Shown: positions 1 through 11,088, counted from the stretch's first letter. The stretch is 64,000 nucleotides of DNA from an uncultured bacterium (GCA_963704645.1 OY969926.1:1088001-1152000), one strand, 5' to 3'. Notes: generated from the sequence alone by a model not told the origin. Made by a program: numbers and translations.

Positions 1-576
1 AGTTTTGGTGGTGGTGTTTCTGTACAAGCCCAAGGCGATGCTGGAAGTGGCCCAAATATAGGGTTTACCGAGTGCAACTTTTCTGGCAAAGATGGAAAGC
101 AAGGAGCTACCCTAATTCAAAATTGTTTAAGGTCTATTTTTACGTTTGCTTTCGTAATAGCACTGTTTTTAATTGCATTTAGAATTGGTTTTGATGCAGT
201 GGAAGATTTCAACCCATTCGTAAACGGAAATTCTACTAATGATGCTGTAAAAACTGTATCTGAAGTGGCAATTGGTTTAATTTTAATTGGTGGGCCAGTG
301 TTGTTTTTGAACACGGTTAATTCTAGTTTGTTAAACTTTAATTTTTTAAACTTAGGCAGCTTAACTTCAAGCAATTCTACAAGTGGAACTCCAGGTAGCC
401 AATCTAATCAAGGTACAACACAACAATTTAACACAACAGTTACGGATGCAGCACTTAATAACAATGGCAATACTGTTGTAGCTGTAAATATAAGCCAACA
501 AAATGCTGCAGAATCATTGTGTGCGTTATCACAAAGTAGTTGCGAGTTACTGAAAAAAGGTGGCTCTATTAAATAA
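1..576 (+). CDS. Pilin-like (TrbC/VirB2-type, CPR pilin) membrane protein, 5' end outside window
   Basis: Frame 1 is open from base 1 (SFGGGVSVQAQ...C...C-LRSIFTFAFVIALFLIAFRIG...AVKTVSEVAIGLILIGGPVLFLNTVN). Two hydrophobic helices with a charged linker, as in CPR pilins. Confidence 0.55.
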   Translation, partial: SFGGGVSVQAQGDAGSGPNIGFTECNFSGKDGKQGATLIQNCLRSIFTFAFVIALFLIAFRIGFDAVEDFNPFVNGNSTNDAVKTVSEVAIGLILIGGPVLFLNTVNSSLLNFNFLNLGSLTSSNSTSGTPGSQSNQGTTQQFNTTVTDAALNNNGNTVVAVNISQQNAAESLCALSQSSCELLKKGGSIK

Positions 577-582
577 ATTCTT

Positions 583-1194
583 ATGTTACGCAAAATAAAT
601 ATTCTAAGTAATCTAAAAAAACTAGCAGTGTTGCCAGTCTTAGTTTTAATACTTTTTAATACTCTTTACATAGTAACCGTTGCTCAAGACAGCAATTCTG
701 ATATAACACCAGAAAAATATAAAGAAGCTCAAAACACCATTAGTCAGGTGCTTGGTGTTCAGGTATTATGCCAAGAACCATTTTTAAACTTTAAAGCTAC
801 TCAAGATTGCATAAACTTAGAAATTGGAGGGTTTTTACCAGTTCTAGAAGCTGTAGATGAAGGCTTAAGAAACCAATTAACCCCACTAAGAGATTCTAAT
901 AAAACATTTTTTGGCCCAATGTATAACCAACAAGAACTTGAAATTTTGCCAATTGAAATTTTGTCTATTCCAAGTCACAAACCTAGCTGCCAGTGGAATT
1001 ACTCTGTTTTACAAACTGTAGGTAAACCTCTTGCCAAACGTTACACAATTGCTTTTGAAAGTTGTGGGCTAGATATTTCATCATACCAATTACTAGAAAT
1101 TAAAAATGGCCAACCTGCCACTAAATTATCTGGTAAAATTGAGACTAGAACTTTATTAATACCGTTAAACCAAACTTTTTACTTAATTGCATAA
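583..1194 (+). CDS. Hypothetical secreted protein
   Basis: 203-aa ORF with N-terminal signal/TM segment, co-oriented with neighbours. Confidence 0.6.
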   Translation: MLRKINILSNLKKLAVLPVLVLILFNTLYIVTVAQDSNSDITPEKYKEAQNTISQVLGVQVLCQEPFLNFKATQDCINLEIGGFLPVLEAVDEGLRNQLTPLRDSNKTFFGPMYNQQELEILPIEILSIPSHKPSCQWNYSVLQTVGKPLAKRYTIAFESCGLDISSYQLLEIKNGQPATKLSGKIETRTLLIPLNQTFYLIA

Positions 1195-1206
1195 TACATT
1201 ACAAAT

Positions 1207-2385
1207 ATGTTTCAGAATTTACAAATAATGTGGCAAGACCCAAATGGCAGGAAGAAAATATTCTTCTTTGTAGGGGTTGGTTTGGGTGTAATTTTGTTAA
1301 TTGCTTTAATAATTAGACTAAACTTTGGTGGAGGTAGCAACACGGCTATTCAAAATGTTAATAGCAATATTACACAACAGATTGGTTACAAACAGGAAGT
1401 AACTACACAAAGTTTTGGAGATAGTCAGGTTCTGGAAAAAATTGATTCATCTAGTGTGTCTTCAGCAAGTGTGGTTTTTTCTGGTTCAAATCAGGCTATT
1501 TATTTGAATGCAGACTTTAAGTTAAGAGTAAAAAATACTGATATTCCAAATTCACCAAGTTTTGCCAACCCAAAAATTATTAATACAGCTGAAGGAGTTA
1601 TTTTAAACGAACCGAACCGAACTACAATTTTACAGCCAAACAATAGTTTTAGAAAGATTGATAATAACTATAGTCTAAATCAATATTTTGTTGTTAGTTC
1701 TGGTAAATTAATTACAAAGTGGGCTTATATATCTTTTGCGAATAATAGCTATACAGTAAAAACGGCCGACGATATTAATTTTAGCAAAGAAATTATAGTA
1801 GCAAACATAACACCTACAATATCAGCTAGAATGGCTGAATTAGTTAATTTTAATCAAAAAATTTATTTAGTTGCTTGGGAAAACATAAACAGACAAGGAA
1901 ACATGGAAGTTTGGCAAATTAAAGAAGCTGGAACACCTGCAATAAAAGTTTTCTCCAAAGCCCAAGTTCAATCTGTAAGCTATGGCTCGGATAGCATGCT
2001 TGTAACAACATTCAGCTTAAAGCCAACTGAATTAACTTTGTATCAAAATACATGGTTAGATTTCAAACTAAATCCAGCTGGCAACCCAACAGATTTGCAA
2101 CTAGATTTTAATTTAAGCCAAGCTAATGTATTTGGTTCACTTCTGGCAGAACGTTGCTATGTAGATTTAGGTGGAAAAGCCTATTGTTTGGTTAAAGAGA
2201 AAAAGGTAACTCAAAATTCTTATGTTAGCAAAGATGTTATTTTGAAAATTGATTTACGTCTGGGTGGTGTTTCTAAAATTCAAGAAAATCTAGCTATTTC
2301 AGCTTCCAACATTTACCTAGATTCCACAGGAGGAATTTACATTGTCTCTCAGGAAGAAAAAATTTTGTATAAGGTAAAGGTTTAA
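1207..2385 (+). CDS. Hypothetical membrane-anchored beta-rich protein
   Basis: 392-aa ORF, single N-terminal TM helix, beta-strand-like periodicity. Confidence 0.6.
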   Translation: MFQNLQIMWQDPNGRKKIFFFVGVGLGVILLIALIIRLNFGGGSNTAIQNVNSNITQQIGYKQEVTTQSFGDSQVLEKIDSSSVSSASVVFSGSNQAIYLNADFKLRVKNTDIPNSPSFANPKIINTAEGVILNEPNRTTILQPNNSFRKIDNNYSLNQYFVVSSGKLITKWAYISFANNSYTVKTADDINFSKEIIVANITPTISARMAELVNFNQKIYLVAWENINRQGNMEVWQIKEAGTPAIKVFSKAQVQSVSYGSDSMLVTTFSLKPTELTLYQNTWLDFKLNPAGNPTDLQLDFNLSQANVFGSLLAERCYVDLGGKAYCLVKEKKVTQNSYVSKDVILKIDLRLGGVSKIQENLAISASNIYLDSTGGIYIVSQEEKILYKVKV

Positions 2386-2553
2386 TTTAAGGGGAAAGGT
2401 AATTCACGAAAGCTGTTGCAGGGGGATATCAATAATCTCATTTTTAATAAGTGGAATTATAGTAAAAGTGAGGCATCACCCAAGCATGAATTAAAATCCT
2501 ATAGAGTCATTCACTCATCCTGAAGTTGCTTCGGAGTCTAAATTGAGTGTTGC

Positions 2554-2689
2554 GTAGGGGAAACATTTATGCCCCCAGGTACCACGAGGAAGTAAAACAC
2601 ACTAAACCTAAGAGTTTTCCAATTGCAATATTGATAAATTATAGAAATAAACCACAATCCAAAAAGGAGATGGTAAACATCTCCCCTAC
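2554..2689. repeat. Inverted pair of GTAG-type REP-like palindromes
   Basis: gtaggggaaacatttatgccccc at 2554-2576 (+) and gtaggggagatgtttaccatctcc on the minus strand at 2666-2689. Confidence 0.55.
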
Positions 2690-2694
2690 AGTGA

Positions 2695-4518
2695 TTAACT
2701 TGTTTTCCCCTTCCACCAAATACCGAAGCCCCAAGTGTAATCATCTACTTGGAAACCTAGGCTTGCAATTTCATTTCTGTATTCATCACTTTTGGCAAAA
2801 TCTTTATCTGTCCTAGCAATTTTCCTTAGATGTCCTAACTCCAAAGCTTTATTGTATTTTAAAAAATCTATGTTTTTCACAGAGAATAAATTAAGCTGCA
2901 AAAAGTTTTCATCGAAGTAAATTAAATTAGCCAGCTCATTTTCATTTAAACTATTATTTTTTGTAATAGAATTAACTTGTTCCAACAAAGTATTCTGGTA
3001 TAACTCTAAGAATTTTGGAGTATCTAAATTGTTAGCTAAAACTGCCATCCACTCAAGGTTTTTTGTTGATAAATTTGGAGATTTAGGAAATGTATCTGCC
3101 TTAGTCTGGCTGTTTTCCCAGAAAGATTTTAACTTTGCAGCTTCTTTTCTTAAATTGAACAGCCTATTTTCCGACTGGGTAAGTTTGTCCCAGGTAAAGT
3201 TCATCTGGTCTTGGTAATTATGTTCTAGTAGTAACAATTTAAAAGCCAAAACATCGTAGTTTTTCTTAGAAAAATCCCATAGAATATAGGAATTACCTAA
3301 ACTTTTACTCATTTTAGCTCCGTCAATTAATAAGTGTTCCCAATGAACCCAGTTTTTAGACAGATGAAAACCTAAAGCTTCAGACTGCAAAATTTCATTT
3401 TTATGATGAATGGGAATATGCTCAATCCCCCCTGTGTGCAAATCTATTTCATAAGAATAATTGGGGTTATCACTCGATTCTAATTGAGATGTCTGAGCTT
3501 GAACTCCACAATTTTCAGCAGAAATTTCTTCAACTTTATGTATGAACAATTTTGAGTTTGAATTGAATCTTTTTTTACCAATAATTTGGCTTATCATAGT
3601 TACACATTCGCCGTGCCAACCAGGGCAACCCCATTTAAAATCTATAGCTATAGGGTAAATTAATTTAAAAATTTCTTTTGATTTTAAGCTGCTAAAAGCG
3701 TATGGAATATTACCTTTTTCAATTTCTTCATTAAAACTATCTGAACCAATTCCAAGTTCCTGGCTAATTTCTACAAAAAGTTTTGAAGCTTCTGGATATT
3801 CGTTAAATCTCCATTTCTGCAAACTGTTTTCGGAAACAAATTTCCACAAAGCCGCATCGTGAGGATGTCTTTTTTGAGTTTGAACAATATCTCTTCCTGT
3901 AAAATTAGAATCTCCCTCACCCTCGGTTTTGGCAAAACTGGTAACAAGTTCAAGCTCGTCATTTTTATTAGAGTTATTCGATGTTAAAACCTGATTAGCT
4001 AAGGTGTCATAATAAATTCCGTCATCAGTAAAATAAGCTTTTTTCTGCTTAACTAATTCTAAAGCTAACAGCATTTGCTCTTCAATGTATTGACTAGCCT
4101 TGGGCATTTTTTCTCCAAAAGGAACTTCAAAGTTCAAACTTTTAGCTTGTAATAAATAATCGTCTAAATAAAATTGCACTATTTCAGCCACACTTTTACC
4201 GTCTCTTTTCGCGCCTTTCTCCATTTTGTCTTCACCTTCGTCTGTATCTTCATTTACCAAGTGACCAACGTCAGTGATATTCACAACCCAATCAACTTTC
4301 CAACCTAAAACTTTAGCTAATTTAGAAAAAGTATCGTTGAACCACAAAGCCCGCATATTACCAATATGTTGGTAGCCATAAATTGTAGGGCCACAAGAAT
4401 ATAGTTTTATATTATCTTTTTCAACTGTAGAATTGGGATCTAAACTAAAACTTTGTTTTTTGTAACTATCAAACAAGGTTATTGGCAAAGGCTGCATAAT
4501 GTATATATTCAAGAACAA
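2695..4518 (-). CDS. cysS: Cysteinyl-tRNA synthetase
   Basis: YSCGPT, HIGN, NITDVGH, ALWK, PGWHGEC, DLHTGG, HHKNE and KMSKS motifs; start may be M at 4497. Confidence 0.95.
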   Translation of the reverse strand: MFLNIYIMQPLPITLFDSYKKQSFSLDPNSTVEKDNIKLYSCGPTIYGYQHIGNMRALWFNDTFSKLAKVLGWKVDWVVNITDVGHLVNEDTDEGEDKMEKGAKRDGKSVAEIVQFYLDDYLLQAKSLNFEVPFGEKMPKASQYIEEQMLLALELVKQKKAYFTDDGIYYDTLANQVLTSNNSNKNDELELVTSFAKTEGEGDSNFTGRDIVQTQKRHPHDAALWKFVSENSLQKWRFNEYPEASKLFVEISQELGIGSDSFNEEIEKGNIPYAFSSLKSKEIFKLIYPIAIDFKWGCPGWHGECVTMISQIIGKKRFNSNSKLFIHKVEEISAENCGVQAQTSQLESSDNPNYSYEIDLHTGGIEHIPIHHKNEILQSEALGFHLSKNWVHWEHLLIDGAKMSKSLGNSYILWDFSKKNYDVLAFKLLLLEHNYQDQMNFTWDKLTQSENRLFNLRKEAAKLKSFWENSQTKADTFPKSPNLSTKNLEWMAVLANNLDTPKFLELYQNTLLEQVNSITKNNSLNENELANLIYFDENFLQLNLFSVKNIDFLKYNKALELGHLRKIARTDKDFAKSDEYRNEIASLGFQVDDYTWGFGIWWKGKTS

Positions 4519-4862
4519 ATTAGAAAATTGGGCAAGTAAGTTCTAATGACTGGTACATCTTAGCCCCTCAAAATTTGAGCCACTTCGCTGTAATATAATT
4601 TATGAATTAAAACCACAATTATAGGAATAACAACTAAGTATATCCCAACAAACAAACTTCGTGTGAATTTTGAATGGTGCTTGATTTCTAGAACAATTAT
4701 TCTATGCCTATATTAAGCAATGGAAAGATACGTATTGGTTTGAGGATTACCATTTTGTCAGCAAAATAAAGTATATATTTTAAAGGGAGAATAGTCGTTA
4801 GGGTTTAGACTTGGTCACAATAACCTTTGACATTTCCCCTGCGTATAAGGAACTATTAAATT

Positions 4863-6344
4863 ATGAACAAACTTAGATTAAAAACGTGGCACTACGTCTT
4901 TGCTTTTGTAGCATTGTTTTTTGTGCTTCTAATAGTTTTAGCTTATCAAAATAACCCACTTTTAGGTTGGGGCTGGGAAGGGCAGTTGTATTGGAATTTT
5001 TATACATATATTAGCCAGGGGCAAAAACCTTTTGTTAATTTTTTCATTGAATACCCTCCAATTTCGGTTTATTTTATAACTTTACCAGTATTATTAAGCA
5101 GAACCTTAACACAGCTTGAATACCTAGCAACTTTTGTTTTTATTACTTCTGGCTTGGCTCTATCGGTTCCATTTATTTTAAATTGGGCAGCAAAAAAAGT
5201 TTCACACAAAAATTTAACTGAAAAATCGGATTCAAAAGATTTAAATAGCGGTCAGGTATCTAAAGACGATACACTAAGTTTGAATGAAGAGGAAGATATA
5301 GAAGATAATAATATTTCCAATGAAAATATAGCCGCAAAGAATTATATCTTGGAGGGAAACATAAACTTCTGGAATTCAGCGTATTTGCTTTTACTGCTTC
5401 CAGCTTTTACATTAATTGTAACCAGATATGACATTTTTCCAGCCTGGTTAAGCTTAGTTGCCATTTGTGTCTGGATTGTTAGTTTAAAGAAATCGGGATG
5501 GATTTTGCCAACATTGGTTTATACATTTTTAGCATTAGCAACATTTATAAAACTGTACCCAATATTAATAATTTTAGTTCTAGCTGTGTTAGATTTATGG
5601 AGAAGGAAATGGTGGAATATAGGAATTGCAGTTGTCACTTTTATTGTGGTGTCTATTCCAAGTATATATTTAGCAGTAAATGGGTCGCTAAGATTTCAAG
5701 AATTTGTAAACTACCAAACAGTGTCTAGAGATTTACAAATTGAAAGTGTTTATGCCAGTGCAGCTTTTGGTTTAGAAAAATTAAACTTAGTTGAACCAAG
5801 TAAAGTTATCCTTCAAAATGGATCTTATGAACTTACTAATAATTACGCCAAGAGCATAGCCAAAGTAAATTTCCACATTTTAGCTGTAATTTTTATTGCA
5901 AGTTTTATTGCCATATTATTTAGGTTAAAGCCTTGGGGCGATAGTAGTTTCAAGGTAATTAAGTTTATTACTCCAAGCTACCAACAGCTGGTTAATTTAT
6001 CTGTTTTGGGAAGTCTGTTTGCAGTATCAACTTTTTTATTATGGAACAAGGTTATGTCGCCACAATATCTTGTTTGGGTTGTAATAATGTTACCTTTATT
6101 AAGTTTTGTTCCACTTGAAATGACCTCAAAAGTTAAAATATTTTGGAATTGGTTTATAATACTATTTCTTACTTTTTTAATTTACCCTCTAAATTACAGT
6201 GGTATGTTCAATCGTGAAATTGCCAGCGTTGTAATACTTTTAGCTAGAAATATACTTCTAATTTGGTGGTGGTTTTGGTTATTAAAAACTATGCTTAAAT
6301 TTTCCAAAGCTGATAAAAGTTTAGATCTCCATTTTTATAAATAA
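4863..6344 (+). CDS. GT-C fold glycosyltransferase (GT87/DUF2029-like)
   Basis: Multi-TM protein with EYPP, RYD, KLYP and NKVxSPQY motifs. Confidence 0.75.
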   Translation: MNKLRLKTWHYVFAFVALFFVLLIVLAYQNNPLLGWGWEGQLYWNFYTYISQGQKPFVNFFIEYPPISVYFITLPVLLSRTLTQLEYLATFVFITSGLALSVPFILNWAAKKVSHKNLTEKSDSKDLNSGQVSKDDTLSLNEEEDIEDNNISNENIAAKNYILEGNINFWNSAYLLLLLPAFTLIVTRYDIFPAWLSLVAICVWIVSLKKSGWILPTLVYTFLALATFIKLYPILIILVLAVLDLWRRKWWNIGIAVVTFIVVSIPSIYLAVNGSLRFQEFVNYQTVSRDLQIESVYASAAFGLEKLNLVEPSKVILQNGSYELTNNYAKSIAKVNFHILAVIFIASFIAILFRLKPWGDSSFKVIKFITPSYQQLVNLSVLGSLFAVSTFLLWNKVMSPQYLVWVVIMLPLLSFVPLEMTSKVKIFWNWFIILFLTFLIYPLNYSGMFNREIASVVILLARNILLIWWWFWLLKTMLKFSKADKSLDLHFYK

Positions 6345-7530
6345 GAATAAGCTGGTTGCTTAAATAATCTAAATAGCCACCTTCTACACTTGTTTCTTTT
6401 CTATTTATATCTACAGGATATTGCTCTATAGTTGAACTTTTATCTAAGTCAATAATTGTAACCATCCCATCTTTTCCTGCAGATAAAATATAATTAGTAT
6501 TAGATATTGGGTTGAAAACAGTAATTGGCATTGTATGCTCTGTTTTTATGGTATTTTTTAAGTTAAGAAAATCTTTATCCCAGACCTGAACTTTATAGGC
6601 TTTGCGATCAATGTTAGATAATTTGCTTAAATTTACAGCAACTTTTTCTTCAACTTCAGTAATAACATAGTTTTGTCCGTTAAAATTATGCATTGAAGAT
6701 ATTTTTTCAGACGAACTTTTGTTAAATATTTCCAAACCTTTCGAATTGTATGAAAGCATATTCAAACTATCTTTAGAAACAAAAATAGCTGCTTCTTCAT
6801 TTTCACCAAAAAATATTGTTTTAGAAGCTGGTAACTTAAAATTACCAATTACGTCACCAGTGCTTGCATTCCAAACCACTGCCTCAGACATATTATTGTC
6901 TCTTTGAAACAAAGCCCAAAGCTGATTGTTTTCTGGCCAATATTTAACTGTAGTTAAAGTTAATTGCTTTAGATTATCTTCTATTTTAAATTCTTCTAAA
7001 GTTACCTTGAAGCTACTTGCACTGTCTTTAATAAATGCTGGAATATTTTGATTAAATTCAACATATTTTAAATTTTCTCCATTCAAAAACCAATAGCTAT
7101 TGTCAGCCAATGTAGATTCTTTAGAAGACTTTATTAAATTCCAAACCTGACTTTCCTGTGGAGTTGAAGAATTGTCAGAGTAGGAATTAATTAAAACTTT
7201 AGTATTATCTAAAGACCTTGTTATAAAAATTTCTGAATTTTGAGAAAGATCAAAAGCCGATTCATTCCTGTTTATATTTATTAACTTTATTTTATTGCTA
7301 TAGTTAGGGGAAACACCATAACCTAAAAGCTCTCCATAATAAGGAAGAAAAGTATTACTTAAATTAACTTTAGAACCGCCAAAACTTGTGTAAACTACCA
7401 ATCCAATAACTAAAAGTGCAACAAGAACAATAGCCTGCAACAATTTATTTAAAAATGCGGAATACTTAGAATGAGTTTGTATCATTTTGTGGATAATTTT
7501 TAATTTGGCATAGTATAATTTAATGCACAA
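6295..7530 (-). CDS. Membrane-anchored WD40-like beta-propeller protein
   Basis: N-terminal TM; repeats such as VVWN, VQVWD, ILSAGKDGMVTIID; start probably M at 7485. Confidence 0.6.
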   Translation of the reverse strand: MCIKLYYAKLKIIHKMIQTHSKYSAFLNKLLQAIVLVALLVIGLVVYTSFGGSKVNLSNTFLPYYGELLGYGVSPNYSNKIKLININRNESAFDLSQNSEIFITRSLDNTKVLINSYSDNSSTPQESQVWNLIKSSKESTLADNSYWFLNGENLKYVEFNQNIPAFIKDSASSFKVTLEEFKIEDNLKQLTLTTVKYWPENNQLWALFQRDNNMSEAVVWNASTGDVIGNFKLPASKTIFFGENEEAAIFVSKDSLNMLSYNSKGLEIFNKSSSEKISSMHNFNGQNYVITEVEEKVAVNLSKLSNIDRKAYKVQVWDKDFLNLKNTIKTEHTMPITVFNPISNTNYILSAGKDGMVTIIDLDKSSTIEQYPVDINRKETSVEGGYLDYLSNQLILIYKNGDLNFYQLWKI

Positions 7531-7600
7531 GATTTGTCATGTTTTAAGTTTTTAAATATACTATGCTCAATACAACTTTGCCCTCAAAAATTTTTAATTT

Positions 7601-8371
7601 ATGACAACAACAGATTCTGCCAAAAAACTTCAAGATTTAAGGGTTTTCCATGTTGGAATAGGGCTTGTTCTATTTCTACAAGGGCTTTTAATTTGGTTAT
7701 TAAGTTCTAATTTTAGTTTGCCAATTACTACATCTTATCTTCAAAAAGATATTGATTTAAGCGTACTTGTTCCTACAGTTCAGCAAGTTGCAAGAATAGA
7801 AGTTGGGAATTTAGTTGTAGTATTCATGCTTATTGCCGGTCTTTCACATTTAATCATTGCTCTGCCTGCTGTGTTTGCCAGATACACCAAATATATAGAA
7901 ATCAACAAAAACCCATTTAGATGGATTGAATATGCTATAACAGCACCTATTATGATAGTTGTTTTGGGGTTGTTAACAGGAATATTTGATTTAACAACAT
8001 TAATTTTACTGGTTGGAAGCACTGCTTCCATGATATTATTTGGAAGTTTAATGGAAAGCATAAATGGAGGTAGAAGAAAGACTAACTGGCTACCTTTCAT
8101 TTATGGGTCTGTTGCGGGAATTCTTCCTTGGTTAATTATTTGGATGTACATTGTGGGAGCTAGAGAAATTAGTTTAATCTCGGCAGCAATTATTTTCGCA
8201 TTTTTTAGTTTAATGTTATTCTTTGCACTTTTCCCAATAAATTTATTTTTGTACTACAAAAAAATTGGCCCATGGAAAAACTATGAATTTACAGAAACTA
8301 TGTTCATAATGCTAAGCCTAGTTAGCAAATCCGCCCTAGCCTGGCAAGTATTTTTGGGTATTTTGGGGTAA
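7601..8371 (+). CDS. Heliorhodopsin
   Basis: 7-TM protein with NPFRWIEYAITAPIM and LSLVSK (retinal Lys) SALAWQVF; conserved His in TM1 and TM2. Confidence 0.9.
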   Translation: MTTTDSAKKLQDLRVFHVGIGLVLFLQGLLIWLLSSNFSLPITTSYLQKDIDLSVLVPTVQQVARIEVGNLVVVFMLIAGLSHLIIALPAVFARYTKYIEINKNPFRWIEYAITAPIMIVVLGLLTGIFDLTTLILLVGSTASMILFGSLMESINGGRRKTNWLPFIYGSVAGILPWLIIWMYIVGAREISLISAAIIFAFFSLMLFFALFPINLFLYYKKIGPWKNYEFTETMFIMLSLVSKSALAWQVFLGILG

Positions 8372-8455
8372 GGCTAGAATTAATGTAAATTGCTACATAA
8401 GGAATATATTTAACTTTGACCTATCATATTTTGTATGCTTTTATTAGAAGGCTAA

Positions 8456-8854
8456 TTGCAAATTTATAGGAGAAATATATTGAAAGATCTAACCTATACA
8501 GGAATTCCTCAAGGTAAAAGACTTGAAGTAGAATTGAATTTTCCTCATCAAGAAATAGAGTTTGGAACTGAAACTTTATTTTCTGTAATGCCAAAAACTC
8601 ATAAAATTGTGTTGGATCCAAATTTTTCTTACTTCAACCAAGAAGAAAATCATTGGGGCTTTGATCTCGAAAAACATGAAAATCTATATGAGAACATATT
8701 TTTCTTAGCTTTTTATTTGAAGGCTGAGACTATAAAACCTGGTGATAAGTTTCAACTTCCAAATGTTTCATATTATCCTCGTGGAATTTCAGGTGGGAGA
8801 TGTATACCAATATCTTTAGATGTTGAAATACTTTCCACGTGCCTAATTGACTAG
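8456..8854 (+). CDS. Hypothetical protein
   Basis: 132-aa ORF followed by a terminator-like hairpin (8866-8896); start uncertain. Confidence 0.45.
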   Translation: MQIYRRNILKDLTYTGIPQGKRLEVELNFPHQEIEFGTETLFSVMPKTHKIVLDPNFSYFNQEENHWGFDLEKHENLYENIFFLAFYLKAETIKPGDKFQLPNVSYYPRGISGGRCIPISLDVEILSTCLID

Positions 8855-8945
8855 CAACCGTTTAGTTACCCTTCGTGTCTGGAGGGTGATTTTTTATGGC
8901 AAAAATTAAAACCGCTTACGCGGTGATTTTATAAAAGTTTTATGA

Positions 8946-9033
8946 TGGCGGAGACGGGGGGATTCGAACTCCCGATACCTTGCGGTATACTCGCTTTCCA
9001 AGCGAGCGCACTAGGCCACTATGCGACATCTCC
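8946..9033 (-). tRNA. tRNA-Ser(GGA)
   Basis: Reverse complement GGAGATGTCGCATAGTGGCCTAGTGCG-CTCGC-TTGGAAA-GCGAG-long variable arm-GGGAGTTCGAATCCCC-CCGTCTCCGCCA; encoded CCA. Confidence 0.95.
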
Positions 9034-9141
9034 AAACCTTTTCAATTGATTTATTTTTGTTGGAATTAGTCAAGGGCTTTATATAAATTGACCAAAGCAC
9101 AGCTTATCCGATACGACCGAAACTTTCGAGACTGTCACCCT

Positions 9142-10221
9142 TGTATATGTCATAAATTTCAGTGACAGAATTTAAATCTTCTTTTAGATTATTTCTGTTA
9201 AATTTTTAACAACATATATTCTAACATAATATGCGTTTAAATGATAATACTTTAACCAAGAATTACCTTAGACATATGAAACAATTAGTTCAAGAATATG
9301 AATTAATTAAAACAAGGAAACATCCTAGATATGTATTTGTAAATGAATTCTACAAAGCAAATAATATAACTAGACAAAACTTCATCAAATATTACAATAG
9401 GTATAAATTAGTTTCTATGGATAGTAGTTTAATTCCAAAGAAAAGAGGGAGAAAGTTTGGTAGTTTAAAAAGTATTCCTTTCATACAGAATAAGATTATT
9501 GAACTTAGAAACCAAGGATTTGGTAGATATGAGATACACGATTTCCTTTTACCTAAGTATGGTAAATATACTCCTTCACCTACGACTATTTACAATATAC
9601 TATTAAAGAAAGGATTGAATAGATTAGATCCAAGAGTAATTCAAACTAACAAAAGAAGAATCATTAAAGATAAAGCAGGAGAATTAGGCCATATGGATTG
9701 CCACAGACTAGCCAAAGGAATACTGGAGGGTGAAAAGAATGAATACTTTCTACTAAGCTTAACAGATGACTTTACTAGAATAGTTATGACCATACTAATA
9801 CCTAATCTGCAAGCTCTAACAGTTATGCTTTATACTCAAAGATTATTAGCAGTATTCAATAGATGTTACAACATAGATTTTCAAAGTATATTAACAGACA
9901 ATGGACCCGAATTTGGAAGGAAAGAAACAAAAGAAGAAAACAAACAAAACCATCCATTTGAAAGATTACTGTTAGAATACAACATTAAGCATAAGTACAC
10001 TAGAGCCTACAGGCCACAAACCAATGGTAAAGTAGAAAGATTCTGGAGAAGTTTAGAGGAAGAATTACTTAGAGAGCAAGTATACCCAGATAAAGAAAGT
10101 TTAGAAGAAGAATTATTTGAATATTGTTGCTACTTCAACCATATTAGAAGACATCAAGGTATTGGTAATATTACTCCCTATGAGAAACTTAATTCTGTCA
10201 CTGAATAAGTTGACATATACA
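9142..10221 (+). mobile_element. IS481-family insertion sequence, copy 1 (1080 bp)
   Basis: TGT...ACA ends, 31-bp imperfect TIR TGTATATGTCA-N-TTCAGTGACAGAATT; near-identical copy at 44980-46059. Confidence 0.92.
9231..10208 (+). CDS. IS481-family DDE transposase (integrase core)
   Basis: HMD...DD...TDNGPEF...RPQTNGKVERF...YFNHIRRHQGI motifs. Confidence 0.92.
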   Translation: MRLNDNTLTKNYLRHMKQLVQEYELIKTRKHPRYVFVNEFYKANNITRQNFIKYYNRYKLVSMDSSLIPKKRGRKFGSLKSIPFIQNKIIELRNQGFGRYEIHDFLLPKYGKYTPSPTTIYNILLKKGLNRLDPRVIQTNKRRIIKDKAGELGHMDCHRLAKGILEGEKNEYFLLSLTDDFTRIVMTILIPNLQALTVMLYTQRLLAVFNRCYNIDFQSILTDNGPEFGRKETKEENKQNHPFERLLLEYNIKHKYTRAYRPQTNGKVERFWRSLEEELLREQVYPDKESLEEELFEYCCYFNHIRRHQGIGNITPYEKLNSVTE

Positions 10222-10329
10222 ACCCCGAATTTATTTCAGGGTCTAAATGGTGAGGTGGCTATCCATGTTACAAAACAAGACAACCCTACTTAAATTGACA
10301 ATCACTATTCCTAAAGACAAATTCATAAT

Positions 10330-11088
10330 ATGGCTTCTGTAATTGCTATTGTAAACCAAAAAGGTGGGGTGGGTAAAACCACAAGCACTGTAAATTTATC
10401 GGCAGCTTTAGCAAGGGGCGGTTTTAAAACACTTTTAATTGACTTAGATCCTCAAGCTCATTCTGTTGAGCATTTGGGTGTAAAGCCAGCTCAAAATCAA
10501 TCAATTCTAGAAGTTTTACAGGGAATTATTCCTGTGGAATCTAGTGTAATTGCTTCTTATTTACCAAATTTGTGGGTTCTACCTTCCAATTTAAAATTAG
10601 GCCAATTTAACCAATACGCTCCAACTGGCAAACAGTTTGCTTTAAAAGAATGTTTAAGCCAAGATTTTAGATCCAAATTCGATTTTATATTAATAGACTG
10701 CCAACCCTCCCTTTCGTTATTAACCTTAAACGCATTAACTGCTTCAGACAAAGTTTTATTACCAGTTCAAGCAGAGTTTTTGGCTTTAGATGGACTTACC
10801 CAACTTATTGTAACATTAAAGGAAATTCAAACCAAGCTTCACCCAAGGTTGCAAGTTTTAGGTGTTTTACTAACAATGTTTGATAGAAGAAACAAACTCA
10901 GCAGCGAGGTTCAAGCTGAGCTAGCCAAAAACTTTGGCCCAGATTTGTTTAGAACAATTATACCAAGAAGCGTAAAATTAGCAGAAGCACCAAGCTTTGC
11001 AAAATCAATTTTCGAATACGCCCCAGATTCCCCAGCAGCCTTTGCTTATTTAGAAGCCGCCAAAGAAATGCTAGAAAAAATGAAGTAA
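10330..11088 (+). CDS. parA: ParA/Soj family ATPase
   Basis: NQKGGVGKTT deviant Walker A, DLDPQ, IDCQP, EAPS. Confidence 0.9.
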   Translation: MASVIAIVNQKGGVGKTTSTVNLSAALARGGFKTLLIDLDPQAHSVEHLGVKPAQNQSILEVLQGIIPVESSVIASYLPNLWVLPSNLKLGQFNQYAPTGKQFALKECLSQDFRSKFDFILIDCQPSLSLLTLNALTASDKVLLPVQAEFLALDGLTQLIVTLKEIQTKLHPRLQVLGVLLTMFDRRNKLSSEVQAELAKNFGPDLFRTIIPRSVKLAEAPSFAKSIFEYAPDSPAAFAYLEAAKEMLEKMK

